Source of the DNA: an uncultured Bifidobacteriaceae bacterium
GTDB lineage: Bacteria > Actinomycetota > Acidimicrobiia > IMCC26256 > PALSA-555
Assembly (NCBI GenBank): GCA_964555735.1
Contig: CAZKTS010000114.1
Location: 1 to 58,635, forward strand
Reading direction: 5' to 3'
Length of the DNA stretch: 58,635 nucleotides
Positions 47,733 through 57,283 of this stretch are shown here, in pieces. The notes below the pieces were generated by a model. It did no database searches. It was not told the origin of the DNA and saw only the letters and a list, made by a program, of their open reading frames with translations. The translations under genes were made by a program, and so were the position numbers. Each line of letters starts with the position of its first letter. Within the stretch, counting starts at the first letter, position 1.

Positions 47733-50471
47733 ATGACCGAGCTGCCGACCGGAACCGTCACGTTCCTGTTCACGGATCTCGAGGGCTCGACGCGGCTCTG
47801 GCAGGAGCATCCGGCGGCGATGAAGCCCGCGCTTGCTCGGCACGACGAGATCCTGCGCGGTGCCATCGAGTCGCACCGCGGACACGTGGTGAAGACGACG
47901 GGCGACGGGTTCCACGCCGCGTTCGCCGCAGCCCACGACGCGGTCGAAGCGGCGATCGCCGGCCAGATCGCGATGGCAGGCGACCCGTGGCCGGGCACCG
48001 GTCCGCTCGCGGTGCGCATGGGCATCCACAGCGGTCCGGCCGACCTGCGTGAGGGGGACTACTACGGCACCGCGGTGAACCGTGCCGCTCGACTGATGTC
48101 GGCGGCCCACGGCGGCCAGATCGTCGTGTCGCTCGCCACCGAGGAGCTCGTGCAGGACCACGGCGTCGAGCTGCTCGATCTCGGCGAGCATGCGCTGCGC
48201 GACCTCGCCCGCCCCGAGCGGGTGTTCCAGGTGGTCCATCCGGACCTTCCGCGCGAGTTCGCCGTGATCAGCTCGCTCGAAGCCTTCCCCGGCAACCTCC
48301 CCGCGCAGGTCACGTCGTTCGTCGGTCGTGACGCGGAGCTCGCTGCGGTCGCCGCCGCGTTGGGGTCGTCACGGTTGGTCACGCTCACGGGCGTCGGCGG
48401 TGTCGGCAAGACGCGCCTGTCGCTGCAGGTCGCCGCCGAGATGCTGCCGCGCTTCGAACGCGGCGCCTGGTTCTGCGAGCTCGCGGCCGCGGTCGACGAC
48501 GAGTCGCTCGTGCAGGTCGTCGCGACGACCCTCGGCGTCACGCCGCTCACGGGCATGACGCTGGAGCAGAGCACGCTCGAGTACCTCCGCGCGAAGTCGC
48601 AGCTCCTCGTGTTCGACAACTGCGAGCACCTCCTCGACGAGGTCAGTCGCCTCGCCGAGGCGATCCTGCGGTCCTGCCCCGAGGTGCGGATCCTCGCCTC
48701 GAGTCGGGAGGGCCTCGGTGTGGCCGGCGAGCAGATGGTCGCCGTGCGGTCCCTGCCGATGCCCGATCCCGACCAGGGCTTCGACGCCGTGGTGCAGAAC
48801 GAGTCGGTGCTGCTGTTCACCGAGCGGGCCGCGGCGGCGCGCTCGGGGTTCGCGTTGGACCCTGCGAATGCGGCTGCGGTCGTGGAGATCTGTCGCCGCC
48901 TCGACGGGATCCCGCTCGCGATCGAGCTCGCCGCGGCGCGTGTCACCGCCATGAACCCCAGCGACATCGCAGCACACCTCGACGAGCGCTTTCGCCTCCT
49001 CACCGGCGCCCGCCGGACCGGGATCGAACGGCATCAGACGCTCCGGGCCACGGTCGACTGGTCATACTCTCTGCTCGAGCCGACCGAGCAAGCCGTCTTC
49101 GACCGCCTCGGCGTGTTCTCCGGCGACTTCGACGCCGAGGCGGCGCAGGCGGTCGCGTCGGGCGATGGTGTCGAGGCGTGGGACGTGCTCGACGCGCTCT
49201 CCGGTCTCGTCGCGAAGTCGATGGTGAACATCGACGACGCCGCGGAGGGCGAGGCCCGCTACCGCATGCTCGAGACGCTGCGCACCTACGCGCGGGACCG
49301 GCTCGACGAGCTCGGTGAGACCGATCAGTGGCGACGGCGCCACGCGCAGCACTACGCGGACCTCGCCGAGATCGTCGGTCCCCAATTGCGGTCGCGCGAC
49401 GAGTTCGCGGCGCGGCGACGCTTCCGGACCGAGCTCGACAACCTGCGAGCTGCCGTGACGTGGGCGCTGGACGCGGACGATCCGAGCGCGCAGGAGCTGG
49501 GCGTGCGGATCGTGCTGGCCTTCGGCTACGAGGTCACCACCGATCGCCGGGCCAACACGGGGATCTGGGCCGAGCACGCGCTGCGGCGGGTGGAGACGTG
49601 GCAACCGTCCAGCCGGGTCGGCGTGCTCTCGATCGCGGCGATGAGCGCCTGCGCGCGTGCGGACGTCCCGACCGCATCCGAGTGGGTCGAGGAAGCGTTT
49701 GGCATCGGCATCTCGGTCGACACCCCGGTCGCGCTCATGCCGTGGATGGCGCGCGCGAACGTCTTGCTCGCCAACGGCGGGTTCGACGATGCGTTGGAGT
49801 GCATGGCGGCCGCCATCGAGTTCTTCGACGCCGGTGGCGCCGCGTTCCAGCGCGCCAACGTCCGGGGCGCATCCGCGCACTACCGGATAGCGTGTGGCGA
49901 CCTCGCGGGTGCACTCGCGGAGGCCGAGGAGTCCCTCGTGATCTCCCGTGAGATCGGTAACCCGACGCAGCTCGCGATCGCGCTCGGTGCTCTCGGCGAT
50001 GCCCTGATCTTCTCCGATCCGCGCCGAGCGCTGGACGCGCTCGAAGAGAGCCTGGCGCTGACGGACGCGGGAGCGAGCGATGTGGTTCGCCCGATCGTGC
50101 TGATGCACGTCGCGACGCTGCGCGCAGAGTTCGGCGATGCCCGCGGCACCCTGGAATGTCTCCGCGACGGCATCGAGCGAGCCGCCGAGTGGGGCGATCG
50201 CTCGGCGTTCGGCGCGATCGGGTTCGGCGTGGTGCCCCTCGTGCAGATCGGTCGACCCGAGCTCGCATTGACGATCAGTGCGGTATCGACGTTCACGAGT
50301 CCGCTCGGTGGCTATTGGATCGATGCTCAGGAGACCGCCCTTGCCCGGGCGCGAGGAGCAGTCGGTGCCGAGCGCGCCGACGGGCTGAAGGCGCGCATCG
50401 AGGCGATGTCGTACGACGAGATGGTCGACCACCTCCAAGCCGAGCTGGATCGCGCGATCACCTCGGCGTGA
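47733..50471 (+). CDS. class III nucleotide cyclase - STAND ATPase - TPR protein (paralogue 2)
   Basis: Same motifs as 44223-46937: FTDLEGST, VKTTGDGF, DYYGTAVNRAARL, GVGGVGKTRL, FDNCEH. Confidence 0.92.
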   Translation: MTELPTGTVTFLFTDLEGSTRLWQEHPAAMKPALARHDEILRGAIESHRGHVVKTTGDGFHAAFAAAHDAVEAAIAGQIAMAGDPWPGTGPLAVRMGIHSGPADLREGDYYGTAVNRAARLMSAAHGGQIVVSLATEELVQDHGVELLDLGEHALRDLARPERVFQVVHPDLPREFAVISSLEAFPGNLPAQVTSFVGRDAELAAVAAALGSSRLVTLTGVGGVGKTRLSLQVAAEMLPRFERGAWFCELAAAVDDESLVQVVATTLGVTPLTGMTLEQSTLEYLRAKSQLLVFDNCEHLLDEVSRLAEAILRSCPEVRILASSREGLGVAGEQMVAVRSLPMPDPDQGFDAVVQNESVLLFTERAAAARSGFALDPANAAAVVEICRRLDGIPLAIELAAARVTAMNPSDIAAHLDERFRLLTGARRTGIERHQTLRATVDWSYSLLEPTEQAVFDRLGVFSGDFDAEAAQAVASGDGVEAWDVLDALSGLVAKSMVNIDDAAEGEARYRMLETLRTYARDRLDELGETDQWRRRHAQHYADLAEIVGPQLRSRDEFAARRRFRTELDNLRAAVTWALDADDPSAQELGVRIVLAFGYEVTTDRRANTGIWAEHALRRVETWQPSSRVGVLSIAAMSACARADVPTASEWVEEAFGIGISVDTPVALMPWMARANVLLANGGFDDALECMAAAIEFFDAGGAAFQRANVRGASAHYRIACGDLAGALAEAEESLVISREIGNPTQLAIALGALGDALIFSDPRRALDALEESLALTDAGASDVVRPIVLMHVATLRAEFGDARGTLECLRDGIERAAEWGDRSAFGAIGFGVVPLVQIGRPELALTISAVSTFTSPLGGYWIDAQETALARARGAVGAERADGLKARIEAMSYDEMVDHLQAELDRAITSA

Positions 50472-50574
50472 GGTCCCCGAACGTGTCAGCAGTTCGCGCT
50501 CCGCGCTGGTCGCGGTGGTTCGTGAGGTACTGCCACTACGCTCTCGGCATCTGATCGCGCGGGGAGGGGCAACC

Positions 50575-51531
50575 GTGGGTACACGTCGGTCGAGTTGGTT
50601 CCGTGCATCTGGAGTCGTGGTGGTCGTCGCCGCGTCACTCGGCATCGTGTCGGCAGCGACGACGGCCGGAGCGCAGGGTGAGCCAAGCGAGAAGCCCGCG
50701 CTGATCACCATCGACGCGGTCGATGCCAAGCTGACCGACAACGGCCGCCTCCGGCTCACCGACGTCAACCCGAGAGCGTTCTTCCAAGCCGACGGAAGCG
50801 ACCAGACGCAGCTCGAGACCTACGGGCTCGCGAAGCTTCTCGACACGGAGCCGACCGTCGTGGCGGTCCTGCGCGCTGATGCCGACGCCTCGAACGACGC
50901 CGAGAGCGAACGGTTGGAGCTCAGCACGATCAAGTACGACTTCGGGAAGGGCACGCTGACGGCCGATGCCGAGCCGGCCTCGGACGCCGACGCGGCGCCG
51001 CTGGAGGACGTCGCCCCCGAGGCGGACGCTGATGGTGAGCTGCCCGAAGGCCCGGTGGAGCTGGTCGTGCTCGACTCGGACACCGAGGTTGCCGGCAACG
51101 AGCCGCTCCCTCCCCGTTCCGCTGCCTCGACCCCGTCGTACGACGTCCCCCTGCAGATCCAGTACTCAGGGCGGCTCACGCCGGGTCGGACGATCGTCGG
51201 GACGGTCGTCTCGTCGCAGTGCATCACCGGGAGCGGGTTCCGGATCGATGCAAGTGGTCAGCGTTCGTACGACACGCTGTACGACGCCGAGAAGATGAAG
51301 ATCAACACCGGCATCGACTGCTTCTTCAAGGTCGCTCACATCGAGTACGCCCTCAGCCTCGAGGGGCTGTCCTACGACAACCAGCTCTACGTCGACGGGC
51401 CGATCTCGCTGCACGTCACGCAGACCGGGCCTCGCTACTTCATCTCGAGCTGCACCGACAAGTGGCCGATCGAGTCGAGCTGTCGCGTGTTCCTCGCGCC
51501 GGCGACACCTCTCGTGAAGGTCACCATGTGA
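50575..51531 (+). CDS. secreted two-domain hypothetical protein
   Basis: Signal peptide ending AGA; acidic N-domain, Pro linker, Cys-containing C-domain; GTG start inferred. Confidence 0.7.
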   Translation: MGTRRSSWFRASGVVVVVAASLGIVSAATTAGAQGEPSEKPALITIDAVDAKLTDNGRLRLTDVNPRAFFQADGSDQTQLETYGLAKLLDTEPTVVAVLRADADASNDAESERLELSTIKYDFGKGTLTADAEPASDADAAPLEDVAPEADADGELPEGPVELVVLDSDTEVAGNEPLPPRSAASTPSYDVPLQIQYSGRLTPGRTIVGTVVSSQCITGSGFRIDASGQRSYDTLYDAEKMKINTGIDCFFKVAHIEYALSLEGLSYDNQLYVDGPISLHVTQTGPRYFISSCTDKWPIESSCRVFLAPATPLVKVTM

Positions 51532-51659
51532 GGTGACGCGGGCACGCTGCGTCGCTCACCAACCGTTGAGGACGATCGACGGCCTTACGACGGTTTCGTT
51601 CGGCCTGATTGCGGGGTAGTCGAGAGGCACGCAGCCGTTGGCCCATCGACAGGTTCGAC

Positions 51660-52010
51660 ATGGCCGAGAGTCCAACCCCAGAGCGCGAACTGACCGGAGT
51701 CGCCAGGGACGCGCGAACCTTGCGCGAGGCGCTCGACCTCTTGCAGCAGCGCGGGTTCGACCAAGAGATGCGCGCCGAAGCCGACGGCAAGGTGCAGTGC
51801 CTGCACTGTCAGGTCGTGTCGCCGTCCGCGGCGCTGGTGCCGGCGGATCTCCTGCGGCTCGAAGGTGCCTCGGACCCCGACGACATGCTCGCGGTCGTGG
51901 CGCTGACCTGCCCGGCGTGCGGGGCGCGCGCCGCGCTCGTCCTGGGGTACGGCCCGGAGGCGTCGGAGGAGGACAGCACCGTGCTCAGAGACCTGCCGCA
52001 GTTCGGCTGA
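51660..52010 (+). CDS. small conserved hypothetical protein with two CxxC motifs
   Basis: TLREALDLLQQRGF, CLHC, RLEGASDPDD, CPAC. Confidence 0.7.
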   Translation: MAESPTPERELTGVARDARTLREALDLLQQRGFDQEMRAEADGKVQCLHCQVVSPSAALVPADLLRLEGASDPDDMLAVVALTCPACGARAALVLGYGPEASEEDSTVLRDLPQFG

Positions 52011-52071
52011 CTGCAACCGTTTCCTGCTCCGCGCTAGCGTTCCGCGCTCGAGAGGACCGGGAGGAGCGGTG

Positions 52072-52956
52072 ATGGCGGGACGTCGCGTCGCATCGTTGGT
52101 GCTGTGCGTCGCGATCTGCACGTTGGGGGCGGGACTGGGTGCACCCGCGGGTGCGCAGGGCGATGGTTCCTCGCCGGCGGAGGCGGTCGCGGCGACGGAA
52201 CAGGTCCTCGGCGTCGTGAGCGCGCGGGGCGGATCCTTTGACGGCAAGCACCTGACGCTGACCGGGGTGCAGCCGCAGCTCACGTGGTTCAGCGACCGGC
52301 CCGCCCGTCGGGCGGGGCTCCTCGACACCGCGAGCCTCGAGGAGGCGTTCTTTGCTCGCCAGGTGCCGCCGAATGCGGCCTTGGTGCTCGACGGGAGCCC
52401 GGCGTCGCGAGACGTCGTCGTGGTCGAGCTGTCGAAGGCCCGCTACGACTCGAACGAGCACCGGCTCAGCTTCGCGACCAAGGTGGTGAAGCCCGACGAT
52501 GTGTTCCGGGTGGTGCACCCTCGACTGTCGGAGTTCGCCGACCGCAGCGACGCCAAGATCCCGAAGCGGTTCGACGCCAGTGCATTGTTCATCGACACCG
52601 CGCCGGCCTCGACGCAGACGCCCGACCAGGCAGCCGTCGCGCAGCTCACGAGCCAGTTCGGCACCTTCGAGTACGACTGGGGCCACATCCTGGCCGATCT
52701 GCAGCAGTGCCTCAACGCCGCGACGGCGGACGTCATCAATGAGATGCTCGAGCGGGCCGGCGGTCAGATCAGCTCCTTCGAGGATCTCTACCAAGAGCTC
52801 GGGGCGCTGCAGCAGGCCGTGGCGAATGGCGGCTCGCTCTCTCCTGCGCAAGAGCAGCAGCTCGGCCAGCTCCAGGCCGCGGTTCCCACGAACCAAACCC
52901 TGATCTCGCAGTACCAGGACTTCATCAACCGGGCGGACGAGACCGGCTTCTGCTGA
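52072..52956 (+). CDS. secreted two-domain hypothetical protein
   Basis: Signal peptide; LTLTGVQPQLTWFSDRPARRAG...SALFID N-domain; helical C-domain ending GFC-stop. Confidence 0.75.
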   Translation: MAGRRVASLVLCVAICTLGAGLGAPAGAQGDGSSPAEAVAATEQVLGVVSARGGSFDGKHLTLTGVQPQLTWFSDRPARRAGLLDTASLEEAFFARQVPPNAALVLDGSPASRDVVVVELSKARYDSNEHRLSFATKVVKPDDVFRVVHPRLSEFADRSDAKIPKRFDASALFIDTAPASTQTPDQAAVAQLTSQFGTFEYDWGHILADLQQCLNAATADVINEMLERAGGQISSFEDLYQELGALQQAVANGGSLSPAQEQQLGQLQAAVPTNQTLISQYQDFINRADETGFC

Positions 52957-53010
52957 CCCTCCGCCGTCGGCCGGCACCCCCCGCGGTCGGCGCGTCCGAG
53001 TCGCGCTCGG

Positions 53011-53808
53011 TCACCCGCGGCCCGCGTCGCGCCGGGCCTGTCGGACGCGACCCGCGGTCGACCAGTCGGCGAGGTGTGACCAGAGGGGCAGCGATGCCAG
53101 CCGGCTCCACCCCGCGATACGCGGGACGCTGATCGTCCGATAGCCCGGGATCCGACGCGTGAGCGCGCGCCGCACGGCGCGTGCCACGGCGTCCGGCGGA
53201 AGTCCGCGGTCGAGCGCACCGGGCTCCGGTGCGGGGCCGCCGGTCTGCTCGCGGGCGACGAACTCCGTCTTGATCGGCCCGGGCGCGATGAGGGTGACGG
53301 TGATGCCGCGCCCGCGGAGCTCGCGGCGCAGTCCGTCGTTGAACCCCTGCACCGCCCACTTCGTCGCCGAGTACAGCGCCTCGCCCGGCACGCCGACGTA
53401 GCCGGCGATCGACCCGATGTTGACGATGTGGCCGCGTCCACGTTCGAGCATCCCCGGCAGGACGAGTTGGGTGAGGTCGATCAGTGCGTAGACGTTGAGC
53501 TCGAACAGCTCGTGGACGCGCTCGGGCGGCATGTGCTCGACGAGACCGTGATGACCGATGCCCGCGTTGTTCACCAGCACATCGACGTCACCGGCTGCGG
53601 CGAGGACGCGCGCCCGTTCTTGTGGGATCGTCATGTCGGCGGGCAGGTCGACGATGCCGGGCTGCTCGGCGGCCAGCGCGCGGAGTCGTTCCGCGTCGCG
53701 CGCGACGGCGGTGATCTGGGCACCGTCGCGGGCGAGCAGGAGTGCCGTCGACCGTCCGATCCCGGTCGACGCGCCGGTGATCACGATGTTCGCGCCCTGA
53801 AGCTTCAC
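53011..53808 (-). CDS. short-chain dehydrogenase/reductase
   Basis: TGASTGIG, LVNNAG, NIGSIAG, YSATK. Confidence 0.93.
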   Translation of the reverse strand: MKLQGANIVITGASTGIGRSTALLLARDGAQITAVARDAERLRALAAEQPGIVDLPADMTIPQERARVLAAAGDVDVLVNNAGIGHHGLVEHMPPERVHELFELNVYALIDLTQLVLPGMLERGRGHIVNIGSIAGYVGVPGEALYSATKWAVQGFNDGLRRELRGRGITVTLIAPGPIKTEFVAREQTGGPAPEPGALDRGLPPDAVARAVRRALTRRIPGYRTISVPRIAGWSRLASLPLWSHLADWSTAGRVRQARRDAGRG

Positions 53809-53858
53809 GGTGGCGACGCTATCCGTCGGACCCGCACCGCCCGCCCGGCACGCGCACC

Positions 53859-54464
53859 TCAGTGGCGCCTCGGCGCAGCGATCCCCTCGAAGATGGCGAT
53901 CACGCCGACCACGATCGCGGCGAGCGAGTCGGCCCACCACCAGCCGAACGCAGCGTTCGTGACCAAGGCGAGGAGAACCCCGAGCGCGAGCGAACCGTCC
54001 AGGAACGTCACACGCGCCTCGTGGACCAACGGGTGATCGTCGATCAGGCGACTCGTGCGCAGCTTGGCGACGGCCAGCCCGTACATCACGCACGCGGTGA
54101 TCGTGAGGTACGCGATGCCGAACGGCGAGTCGTCGGGGCGATGTCCGATCCACAGGTTGCGCACGCCGGCGACGATGAGCACCGCGGCGAGGATGAAGAA
54201 GGCGAGCGCGACGAGCCACAGCGCGCGTCGGGTCCGTTCAGGCGTACGCCGATTGCGCAGGTGCCACAGGACCACGCTGGACGCGAAGATCTCGGCGACG
54301 GAGTCGAGGCCGAAGGCGATGAGTGCGAGCGACCCCGATGCCACACCCAGGCCGACGGTGACGAAGACCTCGCCGACGTTCCAGGCGATCGTGGCGATCT
54401 CGAGGCGTCGAGCGCGGCGTGCGCCTGCAGCCCGGTCGCCTTCGGTCACTGCTCGCGACACCAT
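53859..54464 (-). CDS. cation-efflux (CDF) TM-domain protein, no cytosolic domain
   Basis: SLALIAFGLDSVAE, HEARVTFLD, WWWADSLAA. Confidence 0.8.
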   Translation of the reverse strand: MVSRAVTEGDRAAGARRARRLEIATIAWNVGEVFVTVGLGVASGSLALIAFGLDSVAEIFASSVVLWHLRNRRTPERTRRALWLVALAFFILAAVLIVAGVRNLWIGHRPDDSPFGIAYLTITACVMYGLAVAKLRTSRLIDDHPLVHEARVTFLDGSLALGVLLALVTNAAFGWWWADSLAAIVVGVIAIFEGIAAPRRH

Positions 54465-54496
54465 GGGTCGACCGGAGGATAGTGAACGGCTCGGTG

Positions 54497-54563
54497 CGAA
54501 CCAGACCCTGATCCCGCACTACCAGAGATCATCAACCGGGAGCACGAGGCCGGCTTCTGCTGA
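54497..54563 (+). repeat. degenerate orphan copy of the 3' end of gene 52072-52956
   Basis: CGAACCAGACCCTGATCCCGCACTACCAGAGATCATCAACCGGGAGCACGAGGCCGGCTTCTGCTGA aligns to 52889-52956 with several substitutions and a 1-bp gap. Confidence 0.85.
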
Positions 54564-54621
54564 GGATCGGCTGCGACGCTAGGGTGCCCCCTCGATCTGG
54601 GTGCGAGCAGGGGGCAGGGGC

Positions 54622-55515
54622 ATGGTGCGGCGTGCGTTGGCGGCTGTGGTGGCGACCGCAGCGATCGGATTCGGTGCCGTGGGCCCGGCCGGAGCGGCAC
54701 CCGTCACCTTGTTCGAGTCGTCGACGCCGGGTCCGAGCTCGGTGACGATCCCGCCGGGCGTCTGCTCGGTTGCGGTCGTCGCGGTCGGCGGTGGTGGCAG
54801 CGGATCTGACCTCTTGACCGATGGGCTCTCGGCCGGTGGTGGCCAAGGCGCGCGTGTCACGACGACGTTGGCGGTCACGCCGGGACGGGTGCTGTCGCTG
54901 TTCGTCGGTGCTGGCGGCACGACGACGAGCCTTGCCTACGGCTCCGGCGGCGGGAGCACGTCGATCGACCCGAGCGATCCGATCCACCGTGTGATCGCCG
55001 GCGGTGGTGGAGGTGGCGGGTTCAGCTCGGCGAAGGGAGGCGATGGCGGCGTCTTCCCCGACGGACGCGGCGGGGACGGATCGTCGACCGGCGGTCCGTC
55101 CCCAACCGGCGGCACGGGTGGTGGCAATGGCCTCGGTGGCGCCGGCGGCACCGGGACGGGCGGCAACGGCGTGCCGGGTGGCAACGGCAACGGCGGTCCT
55201 GGCGGGGGCGCGAGCGGAGGTACCGGCTTTGCCGGTGGCGGGACCGGCGCGACCGCGGGATCGGCTCCGGGTGGCGGCGGAGGGTTCGGCGGCGGCGGTA
55301 GCGGCGGGTACGTGAGCGGCCCCATCGACGCCTACGCGGGGAGCGGCGCGGGCGGGAGCACGGGCCCCGTGGGCGTCACGACGTTCTCGACCGCTGGGAA
55401 CGCCGGCCCCGCGCAGGGCAACGGCGGCCCGGGGTCGCTGCTCATCACCTACGACGCGGCGGTGAACGCCTGCGCGGCGGCCGCGGTCGTGGTCGAACCC
55501 CGCTTCACGGGCTGA
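54622..55515 (+). CDS. secreted glycine-rich (ALK/LTK-like) domain protein
   Basis: Signal peptide, VVAVGGGG, VTPGRVLSLFVGAGG, VIAGGGGGGG, SLLITYD; ends EPRFTG-stop. Confidence 0.8.
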   Translation: MVRRALAAVVATAAIGFGAVGPAGAAPVTLFESSTPGPSSVTIPPGVCSVAVVAVGGGGSGSDLLTDGLSAGGGQGARVTTTLAVTPGRVLSLFVGAGGTTTSLAYGSGGGSTSIDPSDPIHRVIAGGGGGGGFSSAKGGDGGVFPDGRGGDGSSTGGPSPTGGTGGGNGLGGAGGTGTGGNGVPGGNGNGGPGGGASGGTGFAGGGTGATAGSAPGGGGGFGGGGSGGYVSGPIDAYAGSGAGGSTGPVGVTTFSTAGNAGPAQGNGGPGSLLITYDAAVNACAAAAVVVEPRFTG

Positions 55516-55596
55516 CGGTCTTGCTCCTCGCCGCGCGGGACTGCTGAGTCCGTCGCCGCCCCACTGGTAGCGTCCGGCGATGCTGGGGAGCCAGAC

Positions 55597-56673
55597 GTGA
55601 TCCGCCGGCGCGCCCTGCCGCGCAACGTCGTGAGGGTGCTCGCTGTTGGCGGGTTGGTCGCCGGTTCGCTGACGTGGGGAACCGCAGCGCCGGTCGTCGC
55701 CGCGGGCGGGTCGTGCACCGGCACCACGACGGTCACCTGCACGTTCTCGTTCACGTTCGCTCCGGACACCTTCACCGTGCCCGCCAACGTCACGTCCCTG
55801 ACCATCGAGATGTTCGGTGCGCAGGGTGGTGCCGGCTCGTCCTGCTCCAACACCGCGTGCTCGAACGGCGGCACGGGCGGGACGGGCGGGAACGGCGCGC
55901 ACGTCGTCGGCACGGTGCCGGTGACGCCCGGCCAGGTGCTGACCGTCTTCGTCGCGGGCGCCGGCATCGACGCCACTCGCACCACGGTGGGGGTCGGCGG
56001 CTTCGGGTACGGCACCAGCGGCAACGGTGGCGTCGACGGCACGGGAGGAACCGCCGCCGGAACCGGAGGTGGCGGTGGCGGCGCGTCCGCGGTCGTGGAC
56101 GGCGTGACCCCGCTGGTGGTCGCGGGCGGTGGTGGCGGCGGCGGGGGAGCCGGAACCACGACGGTGAGCGTGCAGATCGGGTACGCCGGTGGCAACGGTG
56201 GAACCAGCGCCGTGACGGGCCAGTCCCCGCCGGGTCCGGGGGGCCCGCCGGATCAGTGCCCGCCTGCCGGTGGTGGTGGCGGGGGCTCGGCGACGACGCC
56301 CGGCGCGGCCGGAGCGGGCGGCGGCGCGTTCGTCGGATGCAACACCGGGGCGGCGGGCGGAGGCGGCGGCGCGGCCCTGGGCGGCAGCGGTGCCGTCAAC
56401 CCGACCGCGTGTGGCGCCGGCGGTGGCGGGGGCGGTGGCGGCATCTTCGGCGGCGGCGCCGGCGGCGCCGGGGGCGCCATCGTGCAGAACTTCCTCTGCT
56501 ACCCGGGTGGTGGCGGAGGCGGCGGCGGCAGCCGCGTGCCCGCCAACGGGACCCTCGTCGACGGCGTTCGAGCGGGCGCAGGCGAGGTCGTCATCACGTA
56601 CACGTTCGATCCGGTGCCACCGGCGGGGCCGGCGGCGGACGCGATCCTTCGCTCGCCGAACTTCGCCGGCTGA
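55597..56673 (+). CDS. secreted glycine-rich (ALK/LTK-like) domain protein
   Basis: Signal peptide, FTVPANVTSLTIEMFGAQGG, VTPGQVLTVFVAG, VVAGGGGGGG, EVVITYT; ends SPNFAG-stop. Confidence 0.8.
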   Translation: MIRRRALPRNVVRVLAVGGLVAGSLTWGTAAPVVAAGGSCTGTTTVTCTFSFTFAPDTFTVPANVTSLTIEMFGAQGGAGSSCSNTACSNGGTGGTGGNGAHVVGTVPVTPGQVLTVFVAGAGIDATRTTVGVGGFGYGTSGNGGVDGTGGTAAGTGGGGGGASAVVDGVTPLVVAGGGGGGGGAGTTTVSVQIGYAGGNGGTSAVTGQSPPGPGGPPDQCPPAGGGGGGSATTPGAAGAGGGAFVGCNTGAAGGGGGAALGGSGAVNPTACGAGGGGGGGGIFGGGAGGAGGAIVQNFLCYPGGGGGGGGSRVPANGTLVDGVRAGAGEVVITYTFDPVPPAGPAADAILRSPNFAG

Positions 56674-56695
56674 CGAGCTCGGGGCGGGGAGTCCG

Positions 56696-57154
56696 CTACG
56701 CGCCCTCCGCGACGGCTTTGATGCGTTCGAGCGTGCGGAGCATGTCGCGCTCGTTGCGGCGCTCTCGTAGGAATCCGCCGAGCGGACGCCAGACCTTGGT
56801 GAAGAGGTTGTCGCCGAGGTCGAACGACTCCGTCACGTCGGTGCCGCCGTCGGCCGCGCGGAACTCGTACCGCCACACGTTCACCGGCTTGTCGCGCATG
56901 ACGACCGCGAACTCGAAGACCTCACCGGGAACGCACTCGGTGACCTCGCACGTCGTCCAGTAGAGGACGACCCAGTTCTCGTTCCGCTTCACGTGGCCGC
57001 GGTAGCGCGCGCCAACGGCGGGACCGGTGGCGCCGTCGATCCACTCGGCCTCGACCACCTCCGGGCTGTACTCGCCCATCTTGGTGATGTCGCTGACCAA
57101 CGCCCAGACCTTCTCGGGTGGCGCGTCGATGTGGAGCGTGACCGCGGCCTGCAT
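56696..57154 (-). CDS. SRPBCC/START-like (polyketide cyclase) protein
   Basis: IDAPPEKVWALVSD...EYSPE...GARYRG...GGTDVTESF...TLERIKAVAE. Confidence 0.9.
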   Translation of the reverse strand: MQAAVTLHIDAPPEKVWALVSDITKMGEYSPEVVEAEWIDGATGPAVGARYRGHVKRNENWVVLYWTTCEVTECVPGEVFEFAVVMRDKPVNVWRYEFRAADGGTDVTESFDLGDNLFTKVWRPLGGFLRERRNERDMLRTLERIKAVAEGA

Positions 57155-57209
57155 GGCGGGGACGATAGGCGTCACTCGGGGCGCGGGCGGAGGCGACACC
57201 AAAGATTTC

Positions 57210-57270
57210 TCAACCGTTCGGTTGACAACCAGCGTGCTGCCGCCGTAGGTTCTTCAACCATGCAGTTGAA
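57210..57270. promoter_or_regulatory. promoter with two TCAAC...GTTGA operators
   Basis: TCAACC-GTTC-GGTTGA (57210-57225), TTCAAC-CATGCA-GTTGAA (57253-57270), TTGACA 57222-57227. Confidence 0.65.
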
Positions 57271-57283
57271 GAAGGAGGCCTCG

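Noticed and set aside
40760-56673. CRISPR array or PE-PGRS genes in the GGC-rich stretches
   Set aside because: The repeats are in-frame Gly codons without constant repeat-spacer periodicity. No cas genes or PE motif were found, and the proteins have Sec-type signal peptides.
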